Source: Antechinus flavipes (taxonomy: Eukaryota). Taken from it: a stretch of 64,000 nucleotides of DNA. The notes under the pieces are model-generated. The model was not told the DNA's origin. It did not search any database and worked only from the letters and a program-made list of their open reading frames with translations. The stretch is from NCBI RefSeq assembly GCF_016432865.1, contig NC_067398.1, positions 164,548,001 through 164,612,000 of the forward strand, in the 5' to 3' direction. The first letter of the stretch is position 1. Every line of letters starts with the position of its first letter. Made by a program: the position numbers and the translations under genes. This document shows positions 39,176-53,300 of this stretch, piece after piece.

Positions 39176-40700
39176 CATATATATATATGTATGTGCAGTG
39201 CTATTTGACCCATTTCCAATATGAGTAAGTTTTCAGAACTACGAGCCTTCTTCCCCACCTCTAATCAGTGCCTCTGAGTCTATTTTTTCTCTGTATTTCA
39301 TTTGTCTAACATAATTATTATTTTTACCTTTTCCTAGACAGTTTTGCTTTTTAGAGTCAGATCATATTCAACTCTCCCCCAATCTTTCTTTTGACCTACC
39401 CAATTACTGATGTCAATTTTAAACATATGATATACATTTCCATGTAAAAAACATAAAGGATTTGTCCATGTTAAGTTCCTTAAAGTTAATCTTAGATACT
39501 GGCTTTTATATGTTAAATTTTCTATTGAATTTGGATTTGATCAGAAGTGCTGAAAATCTGCAATGTTCTTTTTTTTCCAATCAATATTATGCATAATTTT
39601 GTTAGATATATTTTAGGCCACAAACCCAATCCTTTTGATTGCCAGTATATGTGATTCTAGGACCTGTGGCTACTGCTAATTCCTGTACAATTCCACTTGT
39701 AACTCCAGTGTATTTGAATTATTTTTTTCTTGTTTCTTGTAGAATTTTCTCTTTGATCTGAGGTTTTCAAAATTTGGAAATAATATTCCTATGTGTTTTC
39801 TACAAAGGAGCTGATTGAAGTGATGGTGGGTAGATTTTTTCTATTTCTACTTTCCCCTCATGTTCTAATATTCTAGGACAATTTTCTTGATTTTTTCTTG
39901 CATCATTGTGTCAAGGTTCATTTTTTTGATCACAGTTTTCAAATAGTCCATTATTCTTATATTTTCTTTTTTTTGATTTGTCCTGAAGATCTATTGTTTT
40001 TCTTATGTTTCATATTCTGTTCTATTTTTTTCATTCTTTATATTGTTTTGTTATTTTTTGGCCTCATAATTTTAGTGGCTCCCCCTTGCTCAATTATACT
40101 TTTCAAAAAGTTATTTTCATCTTTGAGATTATATCTTCTTTTCTAATTGGTTAACTTTTTTTTTCACAATCTTGTTTTTCTTGGATGGATTTTTTTAATC
40201 TTTATTTTTATGTTTTGTTTTTCCTCAGTGTTTCTCATTTGATTTTTAAATTATTTTTTGAATTCTTCTATAAATTCTCTCTGGGCAGAAAGACATTTAA
40301 CATTACTTTTTGGGGTAGAAGAAACTTTTTTTTTCACTTTAGTACCCTCCTCTGAAGATGAACCCTAGTCTTCCCTGCTTCCATAGTATGTTTCTTTGGT
40401 GGGGTTCTTTCTTCTTTTCTGGTTCATTTTTTATAAATTAGAATTATTGGTTTAAACATCTCTAATTATGGGATGGAAGTGGTGCCTCTAACTTCACTTC
40501 AGCTCTCCTCTCTGACCTGGAACCCCAACTCGAAAGTTTCCTATCCTGCAAGTGCCCATAGTCAGCAGCATCCTTGCCCCACTGCTTCTGCAATTTACCA
40601 GGTATGCTGGTTCCTTCTTGTCCAGGACCGAGTCTCTGCAGCACAACTGGGCCTGATATTCTTCACCAGCAGAGGTTTGACCGTAACTCTTAATGAGACC
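38243..40700 (-). mobile_element. HAL1-like element, third copy (minus), containing an assembly gap
   Basis: Colinear with 20640-22630 (ORF-track entry ...MNIISSTTIYPILKWKF.. vs MNIISSTNIYTFFKLVF..); antisense ORF1; 5'UTR similar to 30950-31090. Confidence 0.82.
38553..38703. other. Assembly gap (151 N)
   Basis: Run of N. Confidence 1.
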
Positions 40701-42269
40701 TCTTCAGAGATAAGATTTCTCACATCTTAAATTCTTCCTAGCTTTTTCTTTCTGCCTTAGTTACTTTGCATGAAACTGACCCAGAAGAAGTCTTAAGACT
40801 TCTACAGAAACAGTATTTTTCCATTTGTTCTTCCTTTAGGGTATAAAAAAATTATTTCCCTTTGAGGGAGCTTTGAACTAATAGAATGATTCCTGCCTAC
40901 CTCTATCATCATATACCTTTTTCAAAGATGCCCAAAATAAAAGGATATTCTAAATGGAGCTTCTACTCCAGGTTAGTGAGAATAGCAAGAAAACATCACG
41001 TTTATAATTGAACATATGTTTTCTTCAATAAACATGTTTAGGTTTATAAGTCCATTACCTAAGTGACCTCTGACACTTTAATTCAAAATCTAGCACTGAT
41101 CAGCTGCTTCCTTATTTTCATACAAGGATGTTAGCTATGTATATTCTTCTAGGTTGGGTCTAGCTTCAAGCTATTCTAATGATTAGAGTTTGTAATAAGA
41201 AGAAAATGAGATATTCACAGATCATTTAATAGTTAGCAAAAGTAAATGTGCTTGGCCATAGCATGGTTACAAAGATGCAACATTCATTCATTTGGGCACA
41301 GCTTCCTTTTCCCCATTTTCCAAGGTATGGTCCTGGTTGATCAGGGCCAAAGGAGAAGCCACTGACTCCTTGTAGACTGGTTTTTACACTTGGACTATCA
41401 TGAATCCAAATCAGTGACTCATACTTTAGTCTCAGGTTAAGTTTCAAGGATGATTTCAATACCTTCTAAGGAATAATTAACTCAACCTGTATGAGTAGGT
41501 GGTAGATACTCTTATGACATGCATAAATAATTATAATGCCAATCAAAATGTGATAATTTCATAAAAGAGATAAATTAAAAAATGGGAATTCTGAGGAGGA
41601 AGAAAAAGCACCTGATTGTAAGAATCAGGGATGGTTTCATAGGAGAAATGGTATATGAGCCAGGTTGTGAAGGATAATGAGCAGGATAAATATAGCATCT
41701 TTACATTGGTCACTTACTTCACTGAATCAGAGACTTACAGAAGCTCAGAATTAGAAGGGAAATCAGAAGCCATTTGATTCAACCTGAATAAGAACCTGTT
41801 GTATTGTATACCATGCCCAATAAATTATCAGCAAACCTCATTTTGAAGACCATTAATGACTGGAAACTTTCTGAGGTAATAATTCTATTATCAAATGGTT
41901 AGAAAATTCTTCCTAATATTGGATAAAAATCTCCCTCATTGTCACTTCTGTTCATTAATCTGAGTTCTACTTTTCAGGGTCAAACAGAACAATAATAATA
42001 GATAACATTTACAAAGCACCAACTATTTGCCAGATACTAAGGATTTAATAATTATTATCTCATTTGATTCTCATAATAGCTCAGGGAGGCAGGCACTGTT
42101 TTATTCCAATTTTGCAGATTAGACAATTGAGGTTAAGTGACTTGCTCAGGTTCACATATGAAGTAAGTTGTTTGAGGCTGGGGCTTCCTGCCTCCAGGCC
42201 CAGGGCTTTACTCACTGCATGACTAAAAATCTAAGATTTTTTGTATATGTCAACCCTCCATGGGATTCA

Positions 42270-42410
42270 GAGATAACCATATATCTCTCTAAGTCTTCTC
42301 TTTTCCAAGCTAAATATCTCCAGTTCTTCAACCAAGCCTCCTTTGTCATAGTTAGTCCCCTTCTGAAGGAACTTCAGCTTGTCAATGTCCTTCTTGAAAT
42401 GTGGCAACTT
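42270..42410 (-). mobile_element. CR1/L3 fragment
   Basis: tcttctctttttccaagctaaatatctccagttcttcaac...cagcttgtcaatgtccttcttgaaatgtgg. Confidence 0.7.
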
Positions 42411-43669
42411 GACTTCTCTCCAAAGGTGCCATCAATTGATCAATGAAAAAGCATTTATTAAGATCCTACTGTGTAAATGGCATGGAAGATATAAAAACAA
42501 AATTAAGACAATCCTTGCCTTCAAGGAGTTATGTTACATTATAAAGACTATGTGCTTACAAACTAAGTAAAGGCAGGACATACATTTTTTTAAAATACAT
42601 AGTAATTGTGGGAGGCACAGGGGAATCAAGAAAAGTCCCTTGAAGGAGATAGCTCATGTTTTGTTTACAGGAAACAACAAATAGGCCAATTTGACTAGAA
42701 TACAAAGACATGAGAAGGAGGAGTAATGTATAAAAAGCCTGAAAAGAGAGTCTGGAGACAGATTATTAAATGCTTTAAATGCCAAAGAGGATAATTTCTA
42801 TTCTAACCAAAAGGTAGTAGGGAGCCATGGAAGATCCTTTAACAGAGGTGGGACATAGTCCAGCTTGTTCTTTAAGAATGCTAATTTGGAGGCATGATTA
42901 GAGAGAGAAGAGACTGGATTCTGGAAGCTCAATTGTGAATTGCCTACTGCTGCCTAATTATAATTCAAAATTGTTAGAGAAAATGGTTTATCACTGTTTG
43001 CAGAGTTGAGGGTGAGAAACTATTTTTTTCTTCTTGCTGCTTGCTTTAAAATATGTGTATGTAACTATAGATTCTCTTTGGGAAGGAAGAAAACAGATTT
43101 AATAAGGCACATATGAAAGAGAAATTTAATTCCTCACCATGTTTCTGATTTCTAGCTTGCTTTCTTAGAGACTGGGGAATTTACCTTTGGCAAGATTGAG
43201 AATTGTCTCTTGGTAGAGCTAAGAGAGAACTCATTCACACTGTGCCTTGCCCAGTAAATTCTAAATTCTATACCTTCTGTAATTTCTGTTTGTTTCCTGC
43301 TTGGATAAATGGGTTTATTTACCATTCATCATTTCTGATGGTCTTTTGTTTAAATAGCATTTAGTAGGAAGGGGCAAAGTTTATAGATAAAGGCTTAAGT
43401 GAACTTGAATCTTAAAAAAAAATGTATACACACATATACATAAACATATATATATATATAAATTTTATCATGGTAACCCATTGCAGAGAATAACATGCTA
43501 GTCTTCTGGCCCCTTCTGCTGCTTCCGTATAGGCAGAAATCAAAGTCCTGCTTAGAGAATGAGGGGGAGCAAGAGTCACACTTCCCAATGATTAACATGT
43601 GGAAAAGCCTGCAGACATGCACATAGCACATATGGGTGACACACACTCTACACAAGGCTGCACTATTTC

Positions 43670-43950
43670 TCCTCTGTTCTTGAAGAGGATCATGAAATTA
43701 GGAAGGTGATATTTTGACTTGCGAGTGAATTAAATTTGTGGGAAGTCACCAGTCTCACTTTCTTCTCCACAGCTATCTGTTCCAGTAGCAAAATAGAGAT
43801 TAAGATGACTGAAGATGGCCCTGGAGACAGTGGGAGACCTTGGCATTTTAAAGCTAAGGTTTTTCCCAAGTCTCAGTTTTCTGGGGCCATACCTATTCAA
43901 TGATTAAGGTTAAGAAATAAGGCTAAAAATGACTTTTTACCTACTCAGAA
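43670..43950 (-). mobile_element. RTE-related marsupial retroposon fragment
   Basis: gtcaccagtctcacttt...gatggccctggagacagtgggagaccttggc..taaagctaagg; left end is the reverse complement of the 15040-15110 tail. Confidence 0.7.
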
Positions 43951-43999
43951 AAATCAATCTAGGATATCAATCAAGGATATTGCAATAGAGAAGGCAAGA

Positions 44000-45150
44000 A
44001 AAATAAAGATATGGATTAGGGTGATTTTGCTGTGAATGAAGATAAAGACTTTAGTGAAGCTTTTGATAAAAATTCTCATGTCATTCCAATGGTGATGAAG
44101 AGTGGATGATGATAAAATCAGATGGATTGAGAACTGGTTGGATATCTATATTCAAATAATAGTTGCTAATGGTTTAGTGTCAATGTGGCAGCTGATTTCC
44201 AAGGAAGTCATCTAGAGATCTGTACTTGGCCCTGTATTGTTTAATATTTTCATCAGTTTTTTAGATAAAAGTATAGATGATATGCTTATCAACTTTGCAT
44301 ATGGCACCAAGATAGGATATATCACTAACATACTTGATGGCAGCCAGGAGATAGAAGCATCTTATCAGACTGGAACATTGGACTGAATCTAATAAGATGA
44401 AATCCAGAAGGAATAAATGTAAAGAACTTGGATATCCAAAAAAAATCAACCTTAAAAGAATAAAATGGTGAAGGCATAGATATACAACAGTTGTTTTTCT
44501 TTTTTTTTTTTTTTTTGTAATCATCTAGAGATCTTAGTGATTTGCAAACTCATTAAAAGCCAGCAGCCTGATGTGTCAGACAAAAAAGGCTAATATATGA
44601 TCTTGAACTGTACTTAAAGGGTCATAGCTTCCAGGATTAGGAAAATGAAAGTCCCACTGTACTCTACCTCTAACAGATCTCATCTGCCATATTGCATTTG
44701 ATTGTAGTCACCACAATTTAGAAGGACACTGCTTAATTGGAGAAGGTTTAGAGAAGGATAATTAGGTTGGTGAAGAGCTTTGAGACCATGACATAGAAGG
44801 CTGAAGGACTGGGTATGTCTAACCTGAGAAAAGCAGTCTCATGAGAACATGATAGCTATGTTCAAGTATTTGAATAGCTGTCATATGGAAGAATTTGTAT
44901 TTAGATTAGATTTGTTCTGTTTGGTCCCTTAGGGGAAAATTTTCAAAAAGGCAAATTTTGGCTCGATGTCAGCAAAATCTTCCTGATAATGAGAGCTGTT
45001 CAAAAAAAAATACTGGATTGTCTCAAGAAGTACAGTGCTGCTTCTCTTTGGATGCATCTTTCAAATACAGTTGACCATTTTTCAAGTATTTACAGGGAAG
45101 ATTCTTTTTGTGACTTGGTTGAACTGGATAGACACTGATGTCCCTTCCAA
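44000..45150 (+). mobile_element. CR1/L3 LINE RT to 3' end
   Basis: DFSEAFDK..., WIENWL, RSVLGPVLFNIFI, DDMLINFAYGTKIG match the CR1 RT blocks DFSKAFD / GSVLGPVLFNIFI / KFADDTKLG. Confidence 0.9.
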
Positions 45151-46599
45151 TTCTTCAAAATTATGATTCTATGTCCCTTATTTCAGACTTAAGGATTGAT
45201 TGATTACACATCACAATCAACTTTTGGGGGGACCTGGTCTTTCCCAGACTTGGCTTTCTTTTGCCTTAAGACTTTATTTTAGGTATGCATACATGTATAT
45301 TGTTGTTCAAACATTTTTCAGTTGTGTCTGACTCTTTGTGACCCCATTTGGGATTTTCTTGACAAAGCTACTGAAATGATTTTCCAGTTCCTTCACAACT
45401 CATTTTACAAACGAAGAAACTGAGGCAAATAGGTTTGCATAACTAGTTAAGGGTCTGAGGCCAGATTTGAACTCAGGAAAATGAGTCTTCTTGTCTCCAG
45501 ACTTGGCAATCTATCTAGTGTATCACCTAGATGCTCAATATGCATGAATAGGTAGAGGTATGAATGCATAATTCTCTCTACTTATAGGCTCTCCTGTTTA
45601 TGGAAATTTTTACTTGTCTAGGAGTATAATATCAGCACACCTCCCTTGATTGTGAAACTTCCCTACTCGTTAGACATTCTGAAGTGAGAATATCTTTACT
45701 ATTTTTCTAGAGATATAATAATAATTTTTAGCTAGCATTTACATAGTGGATACTATGTATACTATTTACATAGTTGGATACTGCGTATCCAATACTATGC
45801 TAAGTGTATACCTGTACACATACACATTTATCTCATTAATAATACAACAACTGTGATAGGTAAGTGCTATTATTATCCCCATTTTACAGTGACCTGCCCA
45901 AGGATACACAGCTAGTACTTATCTAAGGCTGGATTTGAACTTATTTGCCTGACTCCGGGACCATTACTCTATCCATTGAATCACCTAATGCCTCCGTTTC
46001 AAACCTTTTTTGTGAATTCTACCCATTGCCCTTACTAAATTCATCAGATAAGGATTTGTCAGAAGCCTGATTTTTCATTCATTTCAAAGAAGAGCACTAA
46101 TCTGCCAGGAATCACTAGTAATAATGGCTAGTAATAATGACAACCAATTGTGGAAGAAAATAGCTAAGCTGAAGGGGAAATAATGTCAATTTCTTTCTCT
46201 AACATTATCACATGTGGAAATGAGAAGACAGAAGAAATTCTTCTGATTAATGGAAAAATAAGCTTTGAACTAATCTCCACTTAACATGTAAGTGAAAAAG
46301 GTATAGAAAAGTAAAGCTTCTTCTAACTACTCTGCAATTGTACCAACACATCCTTATAAGTTCCTAACTAGTGGAATAAACTGCTCCTTGGGGCTCTACT
46401 CCTACAGGGCCGTGGAAGAAGTATCAAGAGAACTAGTACCCAGAGATCTAGCATCCTCCTCAACTGTGCCTCCCATGTTTCCTCTCTTCATGGCATGAAC
46501 TAGCAAGACAGACCATCTTCTGACTTTTCCCCCCAGAAACATAGAAGCAGCCCCAGAAAGCCAAGTTTAAAGATGTCACCAAAACAAAAATTTGGAAAC

Positions 46600-47220
46600 T
46601 GAGATGATGCCCATCATTTGGAGAATGAGTTAACAAGTATGTGAATAATGTGGAATAGTAGCAGGCTGTAAGATGGAATGAAGGGGATGGTTTCTGAAAA
46701 ATCTGGGAAGATATATGAATAGATGCAAAGTGAATGAGAATAGACAATAGAATAATCTACATAATAAGAAAATATTGTAAAAATAGCCAACTGTGAAAGA
46801 TTTAAGAACTCTGATTAATCTAATTAATGATCCATCACAATTCTAAAGGACTTATGATGTAAAATGCTATCCACCTCCAGCTAGAAGATTTGATAATCTT
46901 ATAGTGTAGATTGAAATATTCTCCTCTGTCTATGTCTCTGTCTCTGTCTGACTGTGTGTGTGTGTCTGTCTCTGTCTCTCTGTCTCTGTCTCTGTCTGAT
47001 TCTCACTCTCTCTCTCTTTCTCTCTCTTGTTCTCTGTCTCTGTCTGTATCTAACCGTCTGTCTGTCTCTGTCTCGTTCTGTGTGTCTTTCTACTAATGCA
47101 AAAATATATTTTACATGACTTCATATGTATAACAAGTTTCATATTTCTTGCCTACTCAGTGGGTGGGGGAAGGATGAAGAAAGAGAAAAAATTTGAAACT
47201 GAAAATAAAAATAAAATTTT
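46600..47220 (+). mobile_element. Old L1 3' end containing a (TC/TCTG)n microsatellite (46921-47090)
   Basis: gaaaaatctgggaagatatatatgaa..atgcaaagtgaa; G tract; AATAAA. Confidence 0.8.
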
Positions 47221-47306
47221 GAATTCTAAAAAAGAAACAAAAACACATAGATGTCACTGGTGATAACAAACTGGTGAACCTTGAGAGAGAATCTTGTATC
47301 TTCTCT

Positions 47307-48400
47307 CTCTATAACAGAATTGGAAATGCTGGTACCACAATTTCACTATTGAAATGATAATATACAAAACCCTGAAGTTTTAAGTTTGGTCTTTAATTGG
47401 AAAAGTATCAGGCCATACTGGCAACATCATTATTCAAAGATAGATGCGGATTATTTGTGAGAGTTGTTGTGGTATAAAAGATAGCATTCTGGTCTTGGAG
47501 TAGGGAACACATGGATTCAAATCCCACTTTGCCATTTCCTTAAAGAACTAGGAGATGGGGTGCTGTGCCTGTAGTCATTTAATCTGACTCAAGATACTTC
47601 CTAGCTATAAGACTTTAAGGAAGTCATTTAACTTCTACTTGCCTCAATTTCCTCATTTGCAAAGTGGAGATAATAATAACATCTAGCTCTTAGGATTGTT
47701 TAAAGGATCAAAGAGATAATATTTGTAAAGTGCTTTGCAAATCTTTAAGTGCTATATAAATGTTAGCTAGTATTATCATCACTGGCTCTGTGCTCCCAGA
47801 CAAGGGACTCAACTTCTCTAATCCTCAGATACCTCATCTGTAAAATTAGGGGACTAGATGTGGTAGAATCCAGTTCTGAATACCATGATCATATGTAGTT
47901 GAGATGGTGATGAAGACTGAACTGAAGTTTCCAATGGATTGTTGCCATGGTCTAGGAAGAACAGTTTTAAAAGTCATTTTAGTGGTATTTACAAATAATC
48001 ATGACACAGAACAAGCCATGACTACCATAGAAATAAGGAATTCACTTGGGCTGCCTGCCTTAAAGGACAAAAAATGACACGTTTTCAAAAGTCAGCAGTT
48101 AGAGAAACCAAATTTAATGGGGCAACAAACTGGTTGGAAGAAACATTTATGAATAGACTATAACTCAGCCATTCAGATTTGCTCAGTGATCACATCAGAC
48201 ATCCTTTCCCACACAATCAGATGAACTACACGCTACCAAATGTCAAAACAACTTTAAGCATGTACTGGATTGACTGACTCTCAATATCTTTTATAAATAA
48301 ATATTTTAAGGATTATTTAATATTGATTAAATTATATGTCAATTCTGCATTACATAGATATAGTCTTTTATATAGACATCCTTTCTTGTTCTGTCAAGGA
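47307..48400 (+). pseudogene. ARL1: Processed (retrotransposed) ARL1 pseudogene, 5'-truncated, with stops and frameshifts, split by a SINE insertion; includes start of 3'UTR
   Basis: Manual translation across frameshifts. 47307-47455 gives LYNRIGNAGTTI...EMIIYKTLKF*VWSLIGK-SIRPYWQHHYSKIDA, versus ARL1 LYRLQVGEVVTTI...[34 protein letters not shown]. 47892-48163 gives YVVE...[71 protein letters not shown], versus ARL1 YVVD...[75 protein letters not shown]. The TAA at 48161-48163 falls at the ARL1 stop position. ARL1 sequence recalled from memory. Confidence 0.9.
47457..47888 (+). mobile_element. MIR-like CORE-SINE sequence (probably two pieces) inserted in the ARL1 pseudogene
   Basis: tRNA-like head (ggtcttggagtagg...ggattcaaatccc) and CORE body (cctcaatttcctcatttgcaaagtggagataataataac). 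Flanks gattatttgt / gatcatatgt resemble a decayed TSD. Confidence 0.75.
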
Positions 48401-48444
48401 ATATAGTCTACTAATTAGCATGGATTTTTATTATTTTGTTTCTG

Positions 48445-48650
48445 CCTGAGTTTTTTAGGTTATACATGTACATTTTTTTTTACATATTTCTATGAATCAT
48501 GTTGAGAGAGAATAATCAGAACAAAAGGAAAACCACAAAACAGGTGAAAATAATATGCACTGATCCACATTTAGGCTTCATAGTTTTCACTCTGGATGCA
48601 AATGACATTTTCCATCCAAAGTTTATTGGAATTGCCTTGAATCACCGAAT
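48445..48650 (-). mobile_element. L1 3'UTR fragment
   Basis: ttccatccaaagtttattggaattgccttgaatcac is the reverse of the L1 3' sequence at ~8600-8640. Confidence 0.75.
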
Positions 48651-49599
48651 TTTAGCATGGCACTTTTAAGCCTGCATGTTTGTTTTATTTTTTTATTTTT
48701 GTTTTTGTTTTTTTGAAAGTGCTTTTTTGGAGTTAAAATTTAGTATATATAAACAGCCACTGATTCCAGAACTAAGTGTCAACAATCTCTTAACAAATAA
48801 CTGAAAAAACTGAAAAGAATTGAAGATGGCACCTAGAATGCAAACTGGGTTACTGAAAAAACAGTACCTGAAAAAAAAAACAGGGAAATTTGGAGAAGAC
48901 GTAGGGTTGGAGGAAAGATAACAAACTCTGTTATGGACATGTAGAGTCTGAGATCCCTACTGGGGAAATCAATTCATCCATACATTGTCTTTATTATGAG
49001 TTCTCCTCTCCCTATCTTCTAAAAAAATCCCTCCCCAGGGGCTTCTCTTTGTATCTCTAAACATTACAAAAAGCCTAGTGTAGTACATAGATGCTCTATA
49101 TATTTATTATCCTTTGTTCTTGGTACATGACTGACTTATCTATATTTAAGTCATTTTAACAATTTCCTTTATACTAGTTCTTATCTGGAAGTCTTTCTCA
49201 GTAAAAAGCTGTTCTCTCTTTATGCCTGCCATATATTTTTCTGTTTTTGTTTCCTAATCTGTCTGTTTTTCTAGTTATTGACCCATGATACAAACAGTAT
49301 CATCATTAGTTTGAAAATATGTTCAGAACTGAATAGAGACAGTCATCTCTTTTAGAATTAAAATGAGTTAATGTTTGTAAAATTCTTTGCAAACCTAATG
49401 TATGATATAAAGGCTTCTTCTTGCTCTTATATTTATTATCTGGCATTTTTGTTGGATGAAAACCTTCCAAGAAAAGGGCTTCTTAATGATATTAAGTTCC
49501 TGAATAAATTTTTGAAATTAATCTTAGGGTCAGATCTTATATTGAGCAGAATTCCCTTTCTTGAAATGACAAATATTAGAGGGGATGTGGGAAAATTGA

Positions 49600-50345
49600 A
49601 AGACTAATGCACTGTTTACAGAATTGTGAACTGATTCTGGAGATCAGTTTGAAACTATTCCCAAAAGTCTATAAAACTGTATACTCTATGATCTAGCAAT
49701 ACTACTACAAGGTATGTAGCATGAATAGATTGAAAACAAAAAAGATAAGGACCTAGATATACAAAAATATTTTTGTTGTGGCAAAGAATTAGAAACTGAG
49801 GAGATCCTTATCAAATGAAAAATGACTGAACAAATTATTGTATATGATTGTGATAGAATGCTATTGTGCTATAAGAAATGATGAGCATCAGGGTTTCAGA
49901 AAAACCTGGAAAGATTTGTATGAACTGATGCAAAGTGAAATGAGCAGAATCAGGAAAACATTGTACATGGGAACAACAAACTGTACAGGGTTCAACTATG
50001 AATGACTTAGCTATTCTGATTGATATAGTGATCCAAGGCAATTCCAAAAGACTTATGATAAAAAATACTATCCAAGGGGCAGCTAGGTGGTACAGTGAGT
50101 AGAGCACCAGTCCTGGAGTTAAGAGGACCTGAATTCAAATCTGATCTCAGACACTTAATTCTTTCTAGTTGTGTAACTTTTGTCGAGTCACTTAACTTAA
50201 CCACAATTGCCTTAACAAAATAAATAAATGAATGAATGAATGAATACATATATATATACACATACTATCCTCTCCCAAGGAAAGAACTGATAGATTCTAA
50301 ATGCATATGAATGTTTAAAATTGTTTTTACATGTAATTGGGGAAA
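49600..50345 (+). mobile_element. L1 3' fragment with a nested WSINE1-like SINE (50074-50261)
   Basis: TSD atactatcc at 50065-50073 and 50262-50270; SINE tail has decayed to (TAAA)/(TGAA)/(TA) repeats. Confidence 0.85.
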
Positions 50346-53300
50346 ATATATGTGTATATATATATATATTTTTTTTTTTTTAAAGAACTCCCATTTTCTT
50401 CATAGGATAGATAAAATCCAATTATAAATTCTGGACATTTCAAGCTCATGTCACTTTAAATACCTAGTTTAAATAGTCTGATTTAAGAAGATCAGTAGTC
50501 TCACTTTTTTCTTCAGTATCCATGCATTGTATTACAATCAACAACTTCAACCAACGTTTACCAAATGTCACCTTGTAGGGAGTAATGAATTCATTAGATT
50601 ATGGGGGATAAAAAACAACAAAGTTTAGATAAAGCACCTTAAGAGAACTTATAGTCTGTCACAAACAATTATAAAACAAAGTTTGTGATTCATAAGAGGT
50701 ATAGTGAAGGTCATTACAGAACTAGAAGGGGTAGTACATGCATTGAGTTTTAAAAGATGTGTAGGAATTCAGCAGATAGGGAGAAGGATGAGATCATTTT
50801 TCACTCAAAATTAATTTGTTGGCCTACTGCCATTTAAAAACTTTCTGCCATTACATATATCCTTGTCCAAAGTACCCATAAAATTCTGAAAGTGCTCAGT
50901 AATGACTTACAGTATCAAAACAGAGACTTCCAGACAAATATTCTTCATATAATGCAACTTAGGGTCAGGGACAGTACTTTGCAAATTAAAACTGACTACA
51001 TCAGTTGCAAACCCAAATATTCAGCCAGTCAAGAGTCTTCCCTTGAAGCATAATTCCTATTAACAATGCCTCTCCCAGGAAGGCAGCAACTCCAGTCTTA
51101 TTAACACAGATATTTGAGTGAGTTTACAAGCAGTAGATAGGTAGGTTATATACCCAAAGGACAAAACTCTGCATTTAAGGTCTCCGATATCTCTAGAAAG
51201 GATTTTTGCAGGGGACAGAAAAGCTAATTCCCTGAGATTCCTGCTATAATAGCTACTAAAATATCATTCCAAAATTATTTGTCAAGCTTTAGAGTTCCCC
51301 AATTTGTTTTTCTAAATTCAGATGGCCCTTGTGAAGATGCTTGAAAGGAGAAAAAAAAATCAGAATGACTAATAGTAGCAGACTACTTACAATAAGAGGA
51401 GGCTCAGCAGCACAGTGGGCAGATACTGGATCTGAAGCCAGAAAGATATCTTCCGGAGTTCAAATCTAACCTCAGATACTGCTTAGCTGCATAACCCTAC
51501 ATAAGTTACTCTACCCTAGTTACCTCAGTTTCCTCATCTACAAAATGAACTGAAGAAGGAAATGGCAAACTACTCAAGTATCTTTGCCACGAAAATCCCA
51601 AAAGGGTCCGACACAAGTGAACAACAACCAAAAACCCTTCCTCATAAGAAGGTCTCAGATTCTGCAGCTGAAAATGCTGCAGAAATGGCCCAGATAGAAT
51701 CATAGAAAGTTAAAGTGGGATGGTACTGAATGAGCATCTTGAGATGTCCTGTTGTGAAGCATAAAGCAGTGGGCTTGGAATAAAGAAGAGGTTCTAAATC
51801 CTACCTACTAAAGATGTGACACTGGACAAGACACTGGATAACCATTCTGGGAAAGTCACACAATCCCTGCCTGCCTTTATTTCCTAAACCTTAAAATGAG
51901 GAAACTGGGTCGATGGCCTCGAAGATCCCTTGTAGCTCTAAATTCATAATCTAAATATTTCCTCTTTTTCAGGAGAAGGGATTTGTGGGTAGTGCATAGT
52001 TTTCCCAGACTGAAAGATCATGAGTCCTTTGAGAATTGGAGTCAGCTGGGGTATGGATGTGAGCCAGGGGTAGCAGCCAAATTTGCAAATGAAAGGCACA
52101 GCTTCCCAAGCTTGACTATGATAGTGAGCAGTTTGGCTCAGTAATTTGGGGTGAGGAAGGGAGGGATGAGCTTCATGGCGAACTTAAAAGAATCCTACAA
52201 GCTCATCTTACAGAGGAAGAAATGGGACTTAGAAAGAAATATCAAAGTCACATAGGAAGTATGTGGGAAAAGGTGAGGGTGGAGGGAACAGATCCAAATA
52301 TCCAGTGCTATTTTCTCTACCCTAAGAGGCCTCTGACCTCTAAGGAAGGGAGAGAAAAAGAGATCCTTGATCACTAATGTTAGGCTGTGAATATCTGTGA
52401 GGGAGGGAATTGTGAGGAGCAGCCTTTAGAAACCAGCCAATATTTAGGTTATAACTCAGCCAGGGCTATAACCAGGACAGGGTGATTGAGGCTTTCTCAC
52501 AGTGTGTGGATGGCATTCTCAATCCTTCAACAAAGTAGAAATAAAGTGCCCTCCTTAGCAGGAATAAGTGAGATGGGAAGCTACCAAATAACCATCTGGG
52601 GTGAGACCTTCCTTCTTCAGATGAGTGAATACTTCAGGTGGCTTGCCCCTAGTAAAGCTTATGATATTTGGCCAGAAAACAAAAATTCTTAGTTTTGGTA
52701 CTAAATCCAGCATACCCTGCACAAATCTGCGGTCCCATCTAGCAACACTGCCTTTCATTGAAGATATAGGGAAAGTTTCTTAGAGAGTCAGATAGTTTCT
52801 CTGAGAACAAAGCCCACAATCCCTAAGAGCAGTGTTGAGAGGATGTTCAAGCTCCCACTCACAAAATCATCTGAGCAATAGAAACCCCACCAAGCTCCTA
52901 TTGGCTCCTGATCCAAGGGAACAGAATACCTTTGCCCAAGTTCAGAGGCTCCCACCTCATTTCCTATTCTTTACAAACTCATTAGGCTCAGGTTCTGGCT
53001 AGAGCAGGATATGTGATGACTTTGATCCAAAGCCAAGCAACTGTAGTCTGAACTACCTGGAAGCTGAGAACAGGTAGGTAAGTGCCCAGTAATTCAATCC
53101 AGGTTGGTGCAAAAGTATGCCTGAAGGAAAGCAGAGACTTTCTCAATACTTTAGACGCATCTCTGCGTCTGTGGTGCTTTCAAAAGAACCTTTTGGAGAA
53201 TGAGAAGGCAAGAGGAGGAAGGATCCAAGCATTCATGCATGCAGTCCTCCTAATTAACACTGCAGTCCCCAGTGAAAGAGAAAAGAGCATCACAATTTTT

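Noticed and set aside
50076-50160. tRNA-like A/B boxes in SINE heads
   Set aside because: These are tRNA-derived SINE promoters; there is no cloverleaf, so no tRNA gene is called.
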